From: Diplonema japonicum
Lineage: Eukaryota > Protista > Euglenozoa: Diplonemea
DNA: 64,000 nucleotides
Assembly: GCA_964019335.1 (NCBI GenBank)
Contig: OZ025693.1
Span: 310,001 to 374,000 of the forward strand
Reading direction: 5' to 3'
The notes beneath the pieces were generated by a model that was not told the origin of the DNA, searched no databases, and saw only the letters and a program-made list of their open reading frames with translations. Positions 35,301 through 44,511 of the stretch are shown piece by piece. A program made the translations under genes and the position numbers. The stretch's first letter is position 1, and every line of letters starts with the position of its first letter.

Positions 35301-35940
35301 ACGTGACACCGGCATAGTTGAACAAACAATCACACGCACAAGCTGCCCCACATGCATTGGTCGCAGGTCCGTGCACAGGGAGCCCTGGAACGTTGTGCCC
35401 GTTGCAGTACGAAGCCGCATTGAGGTCAGAACACTTTTCGCACCCAGCGCCCCCGTAGCCGGAGGGACAGCCATGCTCGAACGTGAAGCTGTAGCGAAAG
35501 TCGCAACCGCCGATTGGTTCTTTGTTGCCGATCTGAAGCTTGATGTCGCCTGTGGTTCCTGGGGCAAAGTTCTTGAGGTCGTACCCAGTGCTAGGCGTGG
35601 ACTGGCAACCTCCAGTGGGATCCGCATAACAAGTGCACATGGTACAAGAGGAAGTCCAAGTGAATGAGAAAGACGGGTAGGTGGTGGTTATGCTGACTTC
35701 GAACGGGGGGTCATATGCAGGTACAGGCATGCACCCCATGTCCCATTCGAGGTTGACACTCACAGACTGCAGCAGGTATCCCGAGACGCCCGTCCCCAGC
35801 GAAGGGGTAGAAGGAGGATGTAAGGCCCATCTGTCAGGATTGACAACTCCTGTGCTAGAGATGACAACAGAGCACTTGGTTTGCCCTGTGACAACCCACA
35901 CATTAGCAAGCAGCAACAACAACACTTGCAAGAACTTCAT
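29338..35940 (-). CDS. Giant mucin-like surface protein: signal peptide, laminin-EGF-like module, (D/A/P)TPAP stalk, Cys-rich repeats, EGF-like repeats, TM, cytoplasmic tail
   Basis: 2200-codon ORF with MKFLQVLLLLLANVWVVTG signal, CDCLFNYAGVTCDECAPGYFDYPKC, CG..TC....CC repeats and TM VWLCVILPLLLALCCLLCLAGLLW. A probable in-frame 42-nt intron lies near 29626-29667. Confidence 0.85.
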   Translation of the reverse strand: MKFLQVLLLLLANVWVVTGQTKCSVVISSTGVVNPDRWALHPPSTPSLGTGVSGYLLQSVSVNLEWDMGCMPVPAYDPPFEVSITTTYPSFSFTWTSSCTMCTCYADPTGGCQSTPSTGYDLKNFAPGTTGDIKLQIGNKEPIGGCDFRYSFTFEHGCPSGYGGAGCEKCSDLNAASYCNGHNVPGLPVHGPATNACGAACACDCLFNYAGVTCDECAPGYFDYPKCEATPAPPTPAPPTPAPPTPAPPTPAPPTPAPPTPAPDTPAPDTPAPDTPAPDTPAPDTPAPDTPAPDTPAPDTPAPDTPAPDTPAPDTPAPDTPAPDTPAPDTPAPDTPAPDTPAPDTPAPDTPAPDTPAPDTPAPDTPAPDTPAPDTPAPDTPAPDTPAPDTPAPDTPAPDTPAPDTPAPDTPAPDTPAPDTPAPDTPAPDTPAPDTPAPATPAPDTPAPDTPAPDTRAPDTPAPHTPAPATSAPDTPAPDTPAPDTRAPDTPAPATPAPATSAPDTPAPDTPAPATPAPDTPAPDTPAPATSAPDTPAPDTPAPATPAPDTPAPETPAPATPAPDTPAPDTPAPATSAPDTPAPDTPAPATRAPDTPAPDTPAPATSAPDTPAPDTPAPATPAPDTPAPDTPAPATLAPDTPAPDTPAPATPAPDTPAPDTPAPATPAPDTPAPDTPAPATLVPDTPAPDTPAPATPAPDTPAPDTPAPATSAPDTPAPDTPAPATPAPDTPAPDTPAPATPAPDTPAPDTPAPATPAPDTPAPDTPAPATPAPDTPAPDTPAPATLVPDTPAPDTPAPATPAPATPAPDTPAPATPAPDTPAPDTPAPDTPVPDTLAPDTPAPDTPAPDTPAPDTPAPATPAPDTPAPNTPAPDTLVPDTLAPDTPAPATPAPDTPAPATTAPDTPAPDTPVPDTRAPDTLAPATSAPDTPAPDTPAPATSAPDTPAPDTPAPDTSVPDTLAPDTPAPATPAPATPAPDTPAPATPAPDTSVPDTSAPNTPAPSTPAPSTPAPDTPAPDTSAPDTPVPDTPAPATPAPDTPAPATPAPDTPAPDTPAPDTPAPNTTAPDTSVPDTLAPDTPAPATPAPDTAAPATPAPDTRAPDTPAPATPAPDTPAPDTTVPDTLAPDTPAPDTSAPDTPAPQTPAPDTSVPETLAPDTPAPDTPAPATPAPDTPAPATPAPDTLAPDTPAPATRAPDTPAPDTPAPDTSVPDTLAPDTPAPATPAPDTPAPDTPAPDTPAPDTPAPDTSAPATPVPDTLAPDTPAPDTPAPVTSAPATPAPATPAPDTPAPATTVPATTVPATTAPATTVPVVTPAPRTSAPRTNAPVTLTPVVPPATPSPPGQPSCGHYTCLDPNKRLKPSPSLITCASTCDDTRCCTQAATAAPPQLPNCGQYACRDPNKELIPLPGLTPCHGPIGCTDAVCCDILTTPMPFVTCGTYTCQVSGSYLRPAPVQTTCLGGVCTDVLCCVASSTANCGQYACMASGSKLIPNPGFTACLSSVCTDALCCIPQSVTLAPSSVTCGTYTCQVPDNVLNPSPGSIQCAPSGCTDAVCCTGMHTCGLHTCRQGNLRPSPSLTRCPTTGCSDVLCCVAVPTCGQYACLPGSSLRPSPSSIQCGPNGCTEAVCCVGSPPLSCGTHTCSAGMSLVNAPSSVLCGANCDDAKCCTKPVSTCRQYTCTTGALITNADFMQCPVQGCTDLLCCMAIASNTGAPQTSAPSAPNCGEHSCGAKSQLRPSPGLIICPQSTCSESLCCMSVPDCGAWTCSTGRLVAAPSNIMCISGSCSDQLCCDGGQTGTGDECGTKDMVCALNGQKCVDNNHTVQGDWKCVCLSGSSEAVASVAVCVEDECQVHGRTCHVNGQTCWDPTPDKPASGDWTCRCAAPEKGFAVASVAVCDVDECSANRVGHYICSTAGQVCADPNADPKSLGDWKCHCPAPYEASAVGQPAKCTPNPATAEETDDSCSVWLCVILPLLLALCCLLCLAGLLWKRKKDKDREKYTKKVIFEEHELSRLATELNEENTTNETTKGTEEKVDQKNKEVNMDTPTASPSPIQPPPPSVRSLPSAEWLAPVLPSVIVRARGVDSSPPMVLLFYFFFFIYTLQRSGGRSYMGKFAKFFNFSSTTNMRDITHLSEATYVPPADVFVTVREASSLSPSPPASSEPPVLPKPYLPPILLPSANPLHRSLQREHREVHEIEL
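31990..35258 (-). repeat. Coding 15-bp minisatellite (xTPAP pentapeptide), about 3.2 kb
   Basis: Continuous 15-nt periodicity (e.g. GGTGCAGGAGTGTCT on +) with third-position variation. Confidence 0.95.
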
Positions 35941-36486
35941 CCATCTTTTCTAGAAAGGGGGAAAGGGGGGGGAAGGAGGATAGGGGTTTTCCTATTTTCG
36001 ATTTTGAAGCAAAGATGAAACCTATAATGTAAGAAAAAAAAAAGAAAACAAACAACAAGAGAAAAGAAAAGAAATGTCCCTCGAAAGAAGTAAAAAGAAA
36101 ACGCGAGGGTCCCGTTCTCCTTCCAGTTTCTTCACCCCCCCCCCCCCCCCCCCCTCGAAAATTGCTAGCTACGTTAAGTTCTTTTTTTATTTCATTTGGC
36201 AGGCATCGAAAGCAAGTATGAATTAAGCAAAGAATAAGAAGAAAATTGTAAAGGGACCAAAAGGGACCAAGCAAATAAAAAAAAAAGAGGATTAAAAACT
36301 ATCTAGTAGGCCGGAAAAAGAGAACTAAAAACAAGAAGGGGGGGGGGGAGAAAAGAACAAAAGCAGAAAAAAAAAAAAAAAAAAAAGAGACATTTAAAAA
36401 AAAACACGAGGTTTGAGATCAGAACTGTTCCCATTCGGGGGAACAGACAAAAAAAAAAAAAAAAGAGGGAAAGAGAAGAAATAATA

Positions 36487-37503
36487 TGAGCTCGTCCGGA
36501 AAAAAATGTCAACAAATGACCCTCCTATGCGGCGTAAAACCCCCGTTAAATTTCTAAGTAAAAAAGTAGTTCGACACCACTTTGTGTACAGAAATGCAGT
36601 CTAAGCTTGAACACCGTATAGGTCAAAATGCTCGCCGTTTGTTTTATTTTTAAAACGCACGTGCAAAAACATGTTTTTTAGAATGGTTTTTAGCAAACGA
36701 AAGTTACAAATAACCCAGACTCCATTTTTTATTTTCGTTTTTCCGTGAAAAGCGATAGGAGGAATGGATGCAGATTGAAAATCTGTGAAACCTTTGGGGT
36801 CATTTTGGGTGGGCCGGACTCTAAATCACTATTAAAATGGGGTGGGGAGAACTTACCCTTAAAGTGCCATTTTGGCCTATTTAAGGCTAAAATCCCTTTA
36901 AAACCCCTTGAAAAAGCAAAATTTTCACTTTTAATGTATTATGAGTGCAAAAGAAAAGGAAAAACCTCAGCAGATGGGTAGGGAATGAAAGTTTGACCCC
37001 AAAGATACCAATGTCGAAGCTCTGCATGAGCAGGCAAGTGTTAAGAATTGGTTTTTCTGAAAAGGCCAAAATCCCTTAGGAACACCTTGAAAAAGCCAAA
37101 AAATAGGGTGTAAAAAACCGGATTTTCGGGGGCTATGCGGCGCCATATATTTTTCGCTAAGTACTACAGTAACCCGACCCTGGGTCGTACCCAGGGGTCA
37201 CAAGTGCGCTTGAACACCAATTTTATGCACCCTAGATGCTGCATTTTAAGCAATGAAATTGCATTTTAAACATTTTTCGCTGTTTTTTTTGACCTCTATT
37301 TTTCGCTTCCCGGGGACAGCCGGTTGCAAAGCCTGCCACCCTCATGGCAAAACAAGCATCGCAATTGAAAGAACGGCGTCACGTACACCATATATGTCAT
37401 CTTCCTATGGTTGCATGCTGCCCTTTTTTTGCTCAAATAATCAAAACAAGAAATTTTCGGAGGTGCCCAAAAAAGTGTTGACATTTTCGTCCGGACGAAC
37501 TCA
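36487..37503. mobile_element. Non-autonomous TIR DNA transposon (MITE-like) with TA target duplication, Tc1/mariner-like ends
   Basis: 36484-36514 ATATGAGCTCGTCCGGAAAAAAATGTCAACA versus revcomp of 37476-37506 ATATGAGTTCGTCCGGACGAAAATGTCAACA (28/31). TA on both sides; no transposase ORF; interior lacks long homopolymers. Confidence 0.75.
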
Positions 37504-37666
37504 TATAAAAAAAAAAAATCTTTTTCCTAGTTTAAAATAATTTCTGTTTTTGATTAATGCCACGAAGAGAGTCGCCTTCTTTATTTTCCCAGTGCAAAAC
37601 GTTTTGTACTAATGCATTGTGGTGCCCCTCCTGCCCACCCTTCTCTATTTTTTTTTTCTCTTTTCC

Positions 37667-37733
37667 TTACAGCTTGCAGTGCGGGGCAACCTCGCGGGGG
37701 CCGTAAAATGTCCAGGGGTTCGTCAGGTCGATT

Positions 37734-37770
<37 letters not shown>

Positions 37771-40069
37771 CCCTATTTCTTCCTCACCCTCTCTCCATAC
37801 CGTGGGACGTAATATACGGTGTAACATGCTGTTTAATGAGTGCCCTCGCGTGTGAAAGATCAGGCGTAGGTTGCCCATCGGTCCAAGTAGTGGTTTTCAT
37901 AAGCTCAGCGACAACAGTGTTGATGTGGATGCCAAGCTCGTCCGCCCAGTGGTAGGGGATCAAAGTGTTGGTAATCATGTAATATCTACTCCTGAAGAGG
38001 GTGGGGAACGCCTTCTCAACCTCATTCTCCACCATCTTCTTCTGAATAAACTCCGCCTGTCCAACCTTAGCACACATCTCATAATAGTTCTCGATTGCCA
38101 TATCCGAGATAGCATGCCCAGCAGGCGACCTCACATTGTGGTATTCCTGGAACGCCTTCTTCCAGTTCCCCCCTGTTGGGGTGAGCTGGTGTCGTTCAAT
38201 GAAATACATCAGATAAGTGACGTCCTCGAAGGAGGCGTTCATTCCCTGTCCCATGAAGGGGACAACTGCGTGGGCAGCATCGCCAAGCAGGCAGACCTTA
38301 TCCTCGTACACCCAGTGGCTGACACGCGCGGTGGCGAGAAGTGCGTGTGGGTTCTCCACCCACTCCTTTTCAACATTCGGCATTAAAGGCACCGCGTCTT
38401 TGTAGTACATGTTCATGTATTCCATCCCCTTCTGCTTCCCTTCAGTGCTTTCGAAAGACAGCTCTGCTGACTGCGGTGCCGCATCATCCGGAAGGTACAA
38501 TGTGCCGGTCATCGACCCTTCCATGTTGGCCAGCCCCATCAAGAAGTGCGACCCGCGCGGCCAGATATGAAGGTACCTGCAGTCCAACGGCTCTGAACCG
38601 TCATTCTTCAACGGGAACATCAGTTCCTTGTACGACACACCAAGCCTCTGTACCTCGTATTCTGTAAAAAAAAAAAAAATAATAAAAAAAAAAAAAATAA
38701 AAAAAAATAACGGTATTTTTTTTTATTTCACTCTTCAGAAATTACTTCACGCACTGGGGGGCCCATTACTTCACGCTAAATCTCATTACTTCACGGTGAA
38801 ATAATGGCCTGTTTTCCGTGAAGCAATAGGGGGGTTTCCGTTAAATAATATGCCTCGGTAGGCCAATTTTTGGCTCGGTTCGGTTCCCAGTGGGGCTACT
38901 TTTTCTTCTCAGTTTGCTATTTCCCCCCAGGTTCAGCTCAATTGGCCAACTTTTGCCTCGGCTCAGTTCCAAGTTGGACTACTTTTTCCTCCCAATTTGC
39001 CCACTTTTGGCTAGGCCTTGTTCCCAGTTTCTGGGGGGTAACTCTTCTGTGGGTAAGGGTAAGTTAGTCAGCTTACCCAAGCTCCCCAAAAGACTTCAAA
39101 ATACCGAAGCAGCAAAAAAGGAGCCAGCGGCCGCGCCAGGTATGGGAAGGCCTGATTAGAGATGGTGACAGTGGCAATGCCAGTGACAGCGGCAGCTCTT
39201 AGTCAACAAAAGGAGGGAAAACAACTTGTATTGTAACCTTTGTAACCCCTCTCTTGTTGTACCCCTTGTACCCCTTTGTGCCCCTCGTGGTGAAGTAATT
39301 TCAGAGTGTCGTGAAATAAAACCACTTACCTACCGCCAAGTAATGCTTTACCGACCTCGAGGTAACGGTAAAGTCATTACTTGTTGGCAGTAAATAGCTT
39401 TTTTTTTTTTTTTTTTTTTTAAATTATTATTCCCCATACTAATAGAGGCACCACCACCCCACTGCCAGTGGCGCTTCAGCGTCGTGTCCAGCTCTGTGAT
39501 GGGGACGTCGACGAGATGCTTGAGGAGCTCTCTTCTCGTGACGGAGGCGGCGCCGTCCGCGCCGAAGCAGACATCCGCTGCAATGACAGTTGTTTTGCCC
39601 TTCATGTTTTGGAAGGTGTACTTCTTGTTGTCGAAGTCAGCGCTAGCAAGCTTCGTGTTAAACATGATCTTAACACCCTCACGCTCGGCCACGTCGAGAA
39701 GCTTCATGTTCAGCCCTGCACGGGAGATACTGTAATTCGCCCTGTGTGGTGTAGATGTTGTTCGTGTGGTGCATACTCGCTCTCATCCTTCCCGTACGGC
39801 TGGATCACTACACTGCCGTCCATGTTGTGGATGCACCTTGCGTGGCATGGGACTACCAGTTTCATCACCTCTTCTTCCAGGCCCAGTTTCCTCAACGCCC
39901 ACCTCCCTCTGCTCGTCAGTACCAAGTTGATACTCCTGTGTACACCCCCCACATCCTTCCTGAGGTCCTCCCTCGACTCGCACAGCACCACGTTGAACCC
40001 CTTCCTCTTCATCACAACAGACAGCAGTGCCCCGCTCAGGCCCGCGCCCACAATCACAATGTTACTCAT
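37667..40069 (-). CDS. KMO: Kynurenine 3-monooxygenase (4 exons), C-terminus -HCKL
   Basis: IVGAGLSG, RSINLVLTSRG, QPYG, SISRAGLN, GADGAAS, YKEL, LHIWPRG, LLGDAAHAVVPFMGQGMNASFED and AIENYYEM. Introns 39742-39776, 38662-39439 and 37735-37800. Confidence 0.92.
38721..39397. mobile_element. Intronic non-autonomous element with imperfect TIRs and an external terminal hairpin
   Basis: TTTTATTTCAC..GAAATTACTTCAC (38721-38750) is inverted to GTGAAGTAATTTC..GTGAAATAAAA (39290-39321). Hairpin at 39337-39383; internal degenerate repeats at 38870-39030. Confidence 0.65.
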
Positions 40070-40207
40070 TTTTCCCCCTTTTTTTTTTCCCAGATGAAAA
40101 AAAGTCACGCACTTTTTTTTTTGTTTTCCTTGGAATGTTTTGAAGTATTAGGACAAATGAAAAGAAGGAGAAGGAAAAAAAAAAAAAAAAAAGGTGTTGT
40201 GTGGATA

Positions 40208-40954
40208 TCACCGTGGCGCTGCCTCAGCACGCTTCTGTTGTTCGACGTGACTGGCGTACTCAGCTGTCTCTTTAGCCAAACGAGCTTCGCGTGTCTTGCT
40301 GAGGAGCTCCTGTCTAGGGAGGAATGCCGCAGTGCTGTCGCGGTGCGCCCGAAGTTCGTCCTGCATATCAGGGTTGGCGGCAACGTGTTGGAGCCATCGT
40401 TGGTGCGCGCTTGAGAATGTGTTTGTTTTCGCCTTAACGGCCTTAGATTTCGAGGTAGATGATATCTTGATGGGGAGGGGTTGGCCCGACTCAGGCATTT
40501 GCCATCCTGTGATGTCACTGGTCAGCAGGCGTTGCAATCTCACTTCTTCTTGTTCTTCCTTCCAAGCGCTCAGCTCGCGTGCAGCATTTTCGCGCCATAC
40601 GGTCAGAGCCTTCATCTCTTTGCGGTACTCTTCAAGGCTCTTCTTATCCAGTTCCAGTTCCAGCTCTTGCCAGCTTTCTTCCCGCACGCTCCCCGGTTTC
40701 ACCAACGGTGTGTTCTCCGACATCGAGGCTGAGTCAGAGCTGTCCTCGCTGCTCCCCACGTCCCCCGTTGCCATCGTTTCGTCGCTGGTGTCGTCTTCGC
40801 CCGTGTCAGACCCCTGTGCCTTGATGGCCTCAATGCGTGCCAGTGCTCTCTTCGCCCCCATCCTTTCCCCCTTCGGTGCCTCAAATGAAACGCTGCCCAA
40901 GGACCCACCCCTCTTCCTCTTGCGCTTCTTCACCACCTCATCGCTGTCAGACAT
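40208..40954 (-). CDS. Hypothetical charged/coiled-coil protein with NLS-like KKRKRKR
   Basis: ATG after an A-rich leader, open ORF with coding-like composition; 3' end may be spliced. Confidence 0.55.
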   Translation of the reverse strand: MSDSDEVVKKRKRKRGGSLGSVSFEAPKGERMGAKRALARIEAIKAQGSDTGEDDTSDETMATGDVGSSEDSSDSASMSENTPLVKPGSVREESWQELELELDKKSLEEYRKEMKALTVWRENAARELSAWKEEQEEVRLQRLLTSDITGWQMPESGQPLPIKISSTSKSKAVKAKTNTFSSAHQRWLQHVAANPDMQDELRAHRDSTAAFLPRQELLSKTREARLAKETAEYASHVEQQKRAEAAPR

Positions 40955-41126
40955 CTCTGCATGATGGTAAACAACGGGCGAGAGAGAAAAAAAAAAAAAA
41001 AGAAGAAGAAGAAAAAAAACCACAAAACAGTACAGTTATATCAACAAGTTCGGAAATTAATAGGAGAAGAGAAAAAAAAAAAGATTTTTTTTTTCTTCCT
41101 TCGTTCTCTCTTTTTTTCTATCTACT

Positions 41127-41984
41127 CTACAAGTGCCTGGACACATGCAGCTCCATCTCAGGGGTGAGGGGTGCTTGCCTGGAGCTATACAGGGCACTGC
41201 TGGGAATACCTGGGAGAGAGGTACCTGACTGGGAGCGGAAGGTTGACTCGGACCCCATCCTCCGACTAATGTTGGAGTGGTGTAGTTGGAGCTGGGAGTA
41301 GCCTTGCTGGACTATGGAGGATTGCTGCGGCGACTCGTTCTGCATGTGGTACTGTTGGATCTCGTGCTGCTTGAGAAGGACCTGCTGCTGCAGTTCATTG
41401 AGTTGCGCGAGTTGTTGCTGATGGTGGCGGTTGAGCTGGGCTTGAAGAACCTGCTCTTGATGCGCCTGCTCTTGAAGAACCTGCTCATGGGTGAATGCCT
41501 CTAACTGAGACTGCTGCATGGAAAGGAGCTTATCACGCTCGGCAACTGCCTCTGTCGCCTGACTGGTAAGCTGAAGTACCTTCTGCTGCATTTCAGTGAC
41601 ATCGGCAGTGTACCGCTCTGCGATGGCGCTTATCCTTTGCTGGACTACTTCTTCTGTTGTGCTTTGTGTTTGGCGCTCGTGTAGAACTGCGGCTGTGATG
41701 TTGTCGATGACCGCAGCTACCTGTTGCCGTTCTTGCATCACCTGCCTTTCCCATTCTCTGTCACGTGCAGACACTGCGTTGTACACCATTGCCTTCAGCC
41801 TCTCGTCTTCCGCCCTGCCCTGTGCTGTCTGATGCTGTTGCTGCTGTTGATGCAAAACGTCGAAAAGCATCGCCTTCAACCGTTCATTCTCCTCCTGAGC
41901 CGGCGCCGTGCTGACTGGTACCAGTTGTTGCGGCTGTTGCGGTGGTACCTTTCTCCCTATGCTTGAGGGTGTCATGATCACCAT
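41127..41984 (-). CDS. Hypothetical Gln-rich coiled-coil protein
   Basis: 285-aa ORF, Q/E-rich heptads, internal ERLKAM duplication. Confidence 0.6.
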   Translation of the reverse strand: MVIMTPSSIGRKVPPQQPQQLVPVSTAPAQEENERLKAMLFDVLHQQQQQHQTAQGRAEDERLKAMVYNAVSARDREWERQVMQERQQVAAVIDNITAAVLHERQTQSTTEEVVQQRISAIAERYTADVTEMQQKVLQLTSQATEAVAERDKLLSMQQSQLEAFTHEQVLQEQAHQEQVLQAQLNRHHQQQLAQLNELQQQVLLKQHEIQQYHMQNESPQQSSIVQQGYSQLQLHHSNISRRMGSESTFRSQSGTSLPGIPSSALYSSRQAPLTPEMELHVSRHL

Positions 41985-42537
41985 TTGTCCCTCCCTCCCA
42001 CCCGCTCTCTTCTTTTTATTTTCTTGTGGATTTTGTTTTATTTTTTTTGTCTATTTGTGGGGGGGAAAATAAAAGGGGGAAAAAAAAAGGGGGGAAACGT
42101 GTGTGAAAAAAAAGGGGATGCGATAAGAATAAAAATAAAAAAAGAGAGAAATATTTCTTGATGGAAAAAAAAAAAAATAATAATAATAAAATAAGAAAAA
42201 TAAAAAGGGAGTTTTAGTCCGTCCGCGCGCCAAGCCTGACCCTCCTTGAGCAAGCATCAGAGAGGAGGGGGTCAATGTCCGTTTTTTTCTCTTTTTTTTT
42301 TCTGCGGCTGGCGGCACTTACTGGATGAGGCGAAATGAAGACAATGAAAAAAAAAAATAGATTCCACTAACGAAGAAAAAGAAAAAAACCGGGGGGGGGG
42401 GGGGGGAAGTATGTGATTTTCATTTTGCCACTCAACTCCAACTTCCGTGTTTTGCTCCTTGTCATAAATAACTAACTATCAAATTACTGGTTTTCCCTCT
42501 CTCTCACTCAGCTGCTCCGCTTCCTTTTTAGAGAAGT

Positions 42538-44511
42538 TCATTCCTCCTTCTTCTCGCCATCCTTGGGGGCGGCGGCCTTCTCAGCCTTCTTCCTGTCCTT
42601 CTTCTCCTGCTTGGTCTCCTTCTTGACATCCTTCTTATCCTCCTTCTCGTCTATTTAATTTTTTTTTTTTTCATATGTTTCCATTCATACCCTGGGGCTT
42701 CATGGCGGGGAAGAGAAGCACTTCCTTGATATTCATCTGGTTGGTGAGCATCATGGTCAGTCTGTCGATACCAAGACCCCTGTGTTTTTTTTTTTTTTTT
42801 TTTTTTTTTTTCTCTCCTGAGTCCATACCAACCGGCAGTGGGGGGGAGACCGTACTCCAGTGAGGTGATGAAGCCTTCGTCAACAGGTTGGGCTTCGTCG
42901 TCACCAGCCGCCTTGTCCGCGGCCTGCCCTTCAAATCGCTCCCTCTGGGTCATCGGTGAGTTCAACTCCGTGTAGGCGTTGCAGACCTCCTTCCTCATCA
43001 CGAACAGTTCGAACCTCTCAGTGATGTCCTCGTTATCCCTGTGCCACTTGGCCAATGGCGACATCACCTTGGGGTGGTCACAGATGAAGGTCGGGTTCAC
43101 ACACTGCGACTCCAAGTAGTGGTCCACAAGCTTGTCAAGCAGACGAGCGTTGGTGTGCGGCGGCTCGCACTTCACATCCGCCTTCTCCAACGCCTTCATC
43201 AGGAACGCAGTGGCTTCCTTGCTCTCCAGCGGCGACGGGAACTGAACGTTAAAAAAATCGTAAAAAGACCGTTTAGAAAAAAATGTAAATACCTTCTCGC
43301 CAACAATCTTCTCCAACTCGGGGATCATGTGGATCCTCCTGAAGGGGGGCTTGAAGTCGATGACGTACTCCTCCTTGCTCTTCCCTTCCTTGGAGTCAAG
43401 GGTGAAGGGCACCTTGTACGACCCGAACAGCTTCAGCACAAGGGACGAGACCATCTCCTCAGTCTCCCTCATGAGGTCGTAGTAGTCCGCGTAGGCCCAG
43501 TAGAATTCGCACGAGGTGAATTCTATTCGATTTTTTTTTTTTTTTTTTAAATCTCAAAGGCATACCAGGGTTGTGGGTAAGGTCAATACCCTCGTTACGG
43601 AAGTTCCTGCCGATCTCGTAAACCCTCTCAAGACCACCAACAATGCACATCTTGAGGTGGAGTTCGGGGGCGACCCTCATGAACATCTCAAGGTCGAGGT
43701 CGTTGTGGCGGGTGATGAAAGGACGCGCAGTGGCACCACCAGCAAGCGTGTTCATCATGGGTGTCTCCACCTCAAGGAAGCCACGGGTGTCGAGGTACTC
43801 CCTGATGTGGCGGATGATGGTGGACCTTGTCTCGAACGTCTTCCTGTTCTTGACGTTGACAATGAGATCAAGGTAACGCTGGCGGTAACGCTGCTCCTGG
43901 TCCTTGAAGCCGTAATGGTCTGTGGGGAGCATCTTAAGGCAGGGGGTGAGGAGGGTGAGCGACTTGGCGAAGATAGAAAGTTCACCGGTCTTCGACTTAC
44001 CGGGCACACCATTGATACCAATGATGTCACCCCTGCGGAACATCTTGCTCACCTCCTTGAACTTTGCGTCGTCACCTTCGAACACTCCGGGCGCCATGAC
44101 CACCTGGCAGGGGACACCATTACCAATGATGTCAAAGAATGCGGTCTTGCCAGTCCTTGCGGAGTGGATACGTCCGGCGATCGCCTCAGGCTTGTCGTCA
44201 AGACGTTCACCCTCGCCCACTGCTTCAGCGTACTTTTTCACGTACTCCTCCACGGTGCACGTGGTGGCGAACTTGTGGGGGTAGGCGTCCTTCTTCTCCC
44301 CAAGCTTCTCGATCAAGGCCATCCTCTCCGCTAGGTACGCGGCCTCTCCTGTCAGCACCACCTTCTTCTCCTTTACCGGCGCCATCTGCGACCTCAGGTC
44401 CTTCATCTTGTTCACCAGTTCGGCATACTCCTCGGTGTCCTTCTTGTCCTGCTTCTGGAGCTCCTTCACCTGGCTCGCTACTTCAGCGATTTGCGCCTTC
44501 AAATCAGCCAT
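42538..44511 (-). CDS. KARS1: Lysyl-tRNA synthetase, class II, cytosolic (5 exons)
   Basis: [52 protein letters not shown] and [16 protein letters not shown]. Introns 43523-43565, ~43242-43292, 42780-42828 and 42651-42690. Confidence 0.96.

Noticed and set aside
38870-39030. CRISPR-like repeat/spacer pattern
   Set aside because: Only about three degenerate repeats with uneven, self-similar spacers inside a eukaryotic intron; no cas genes.
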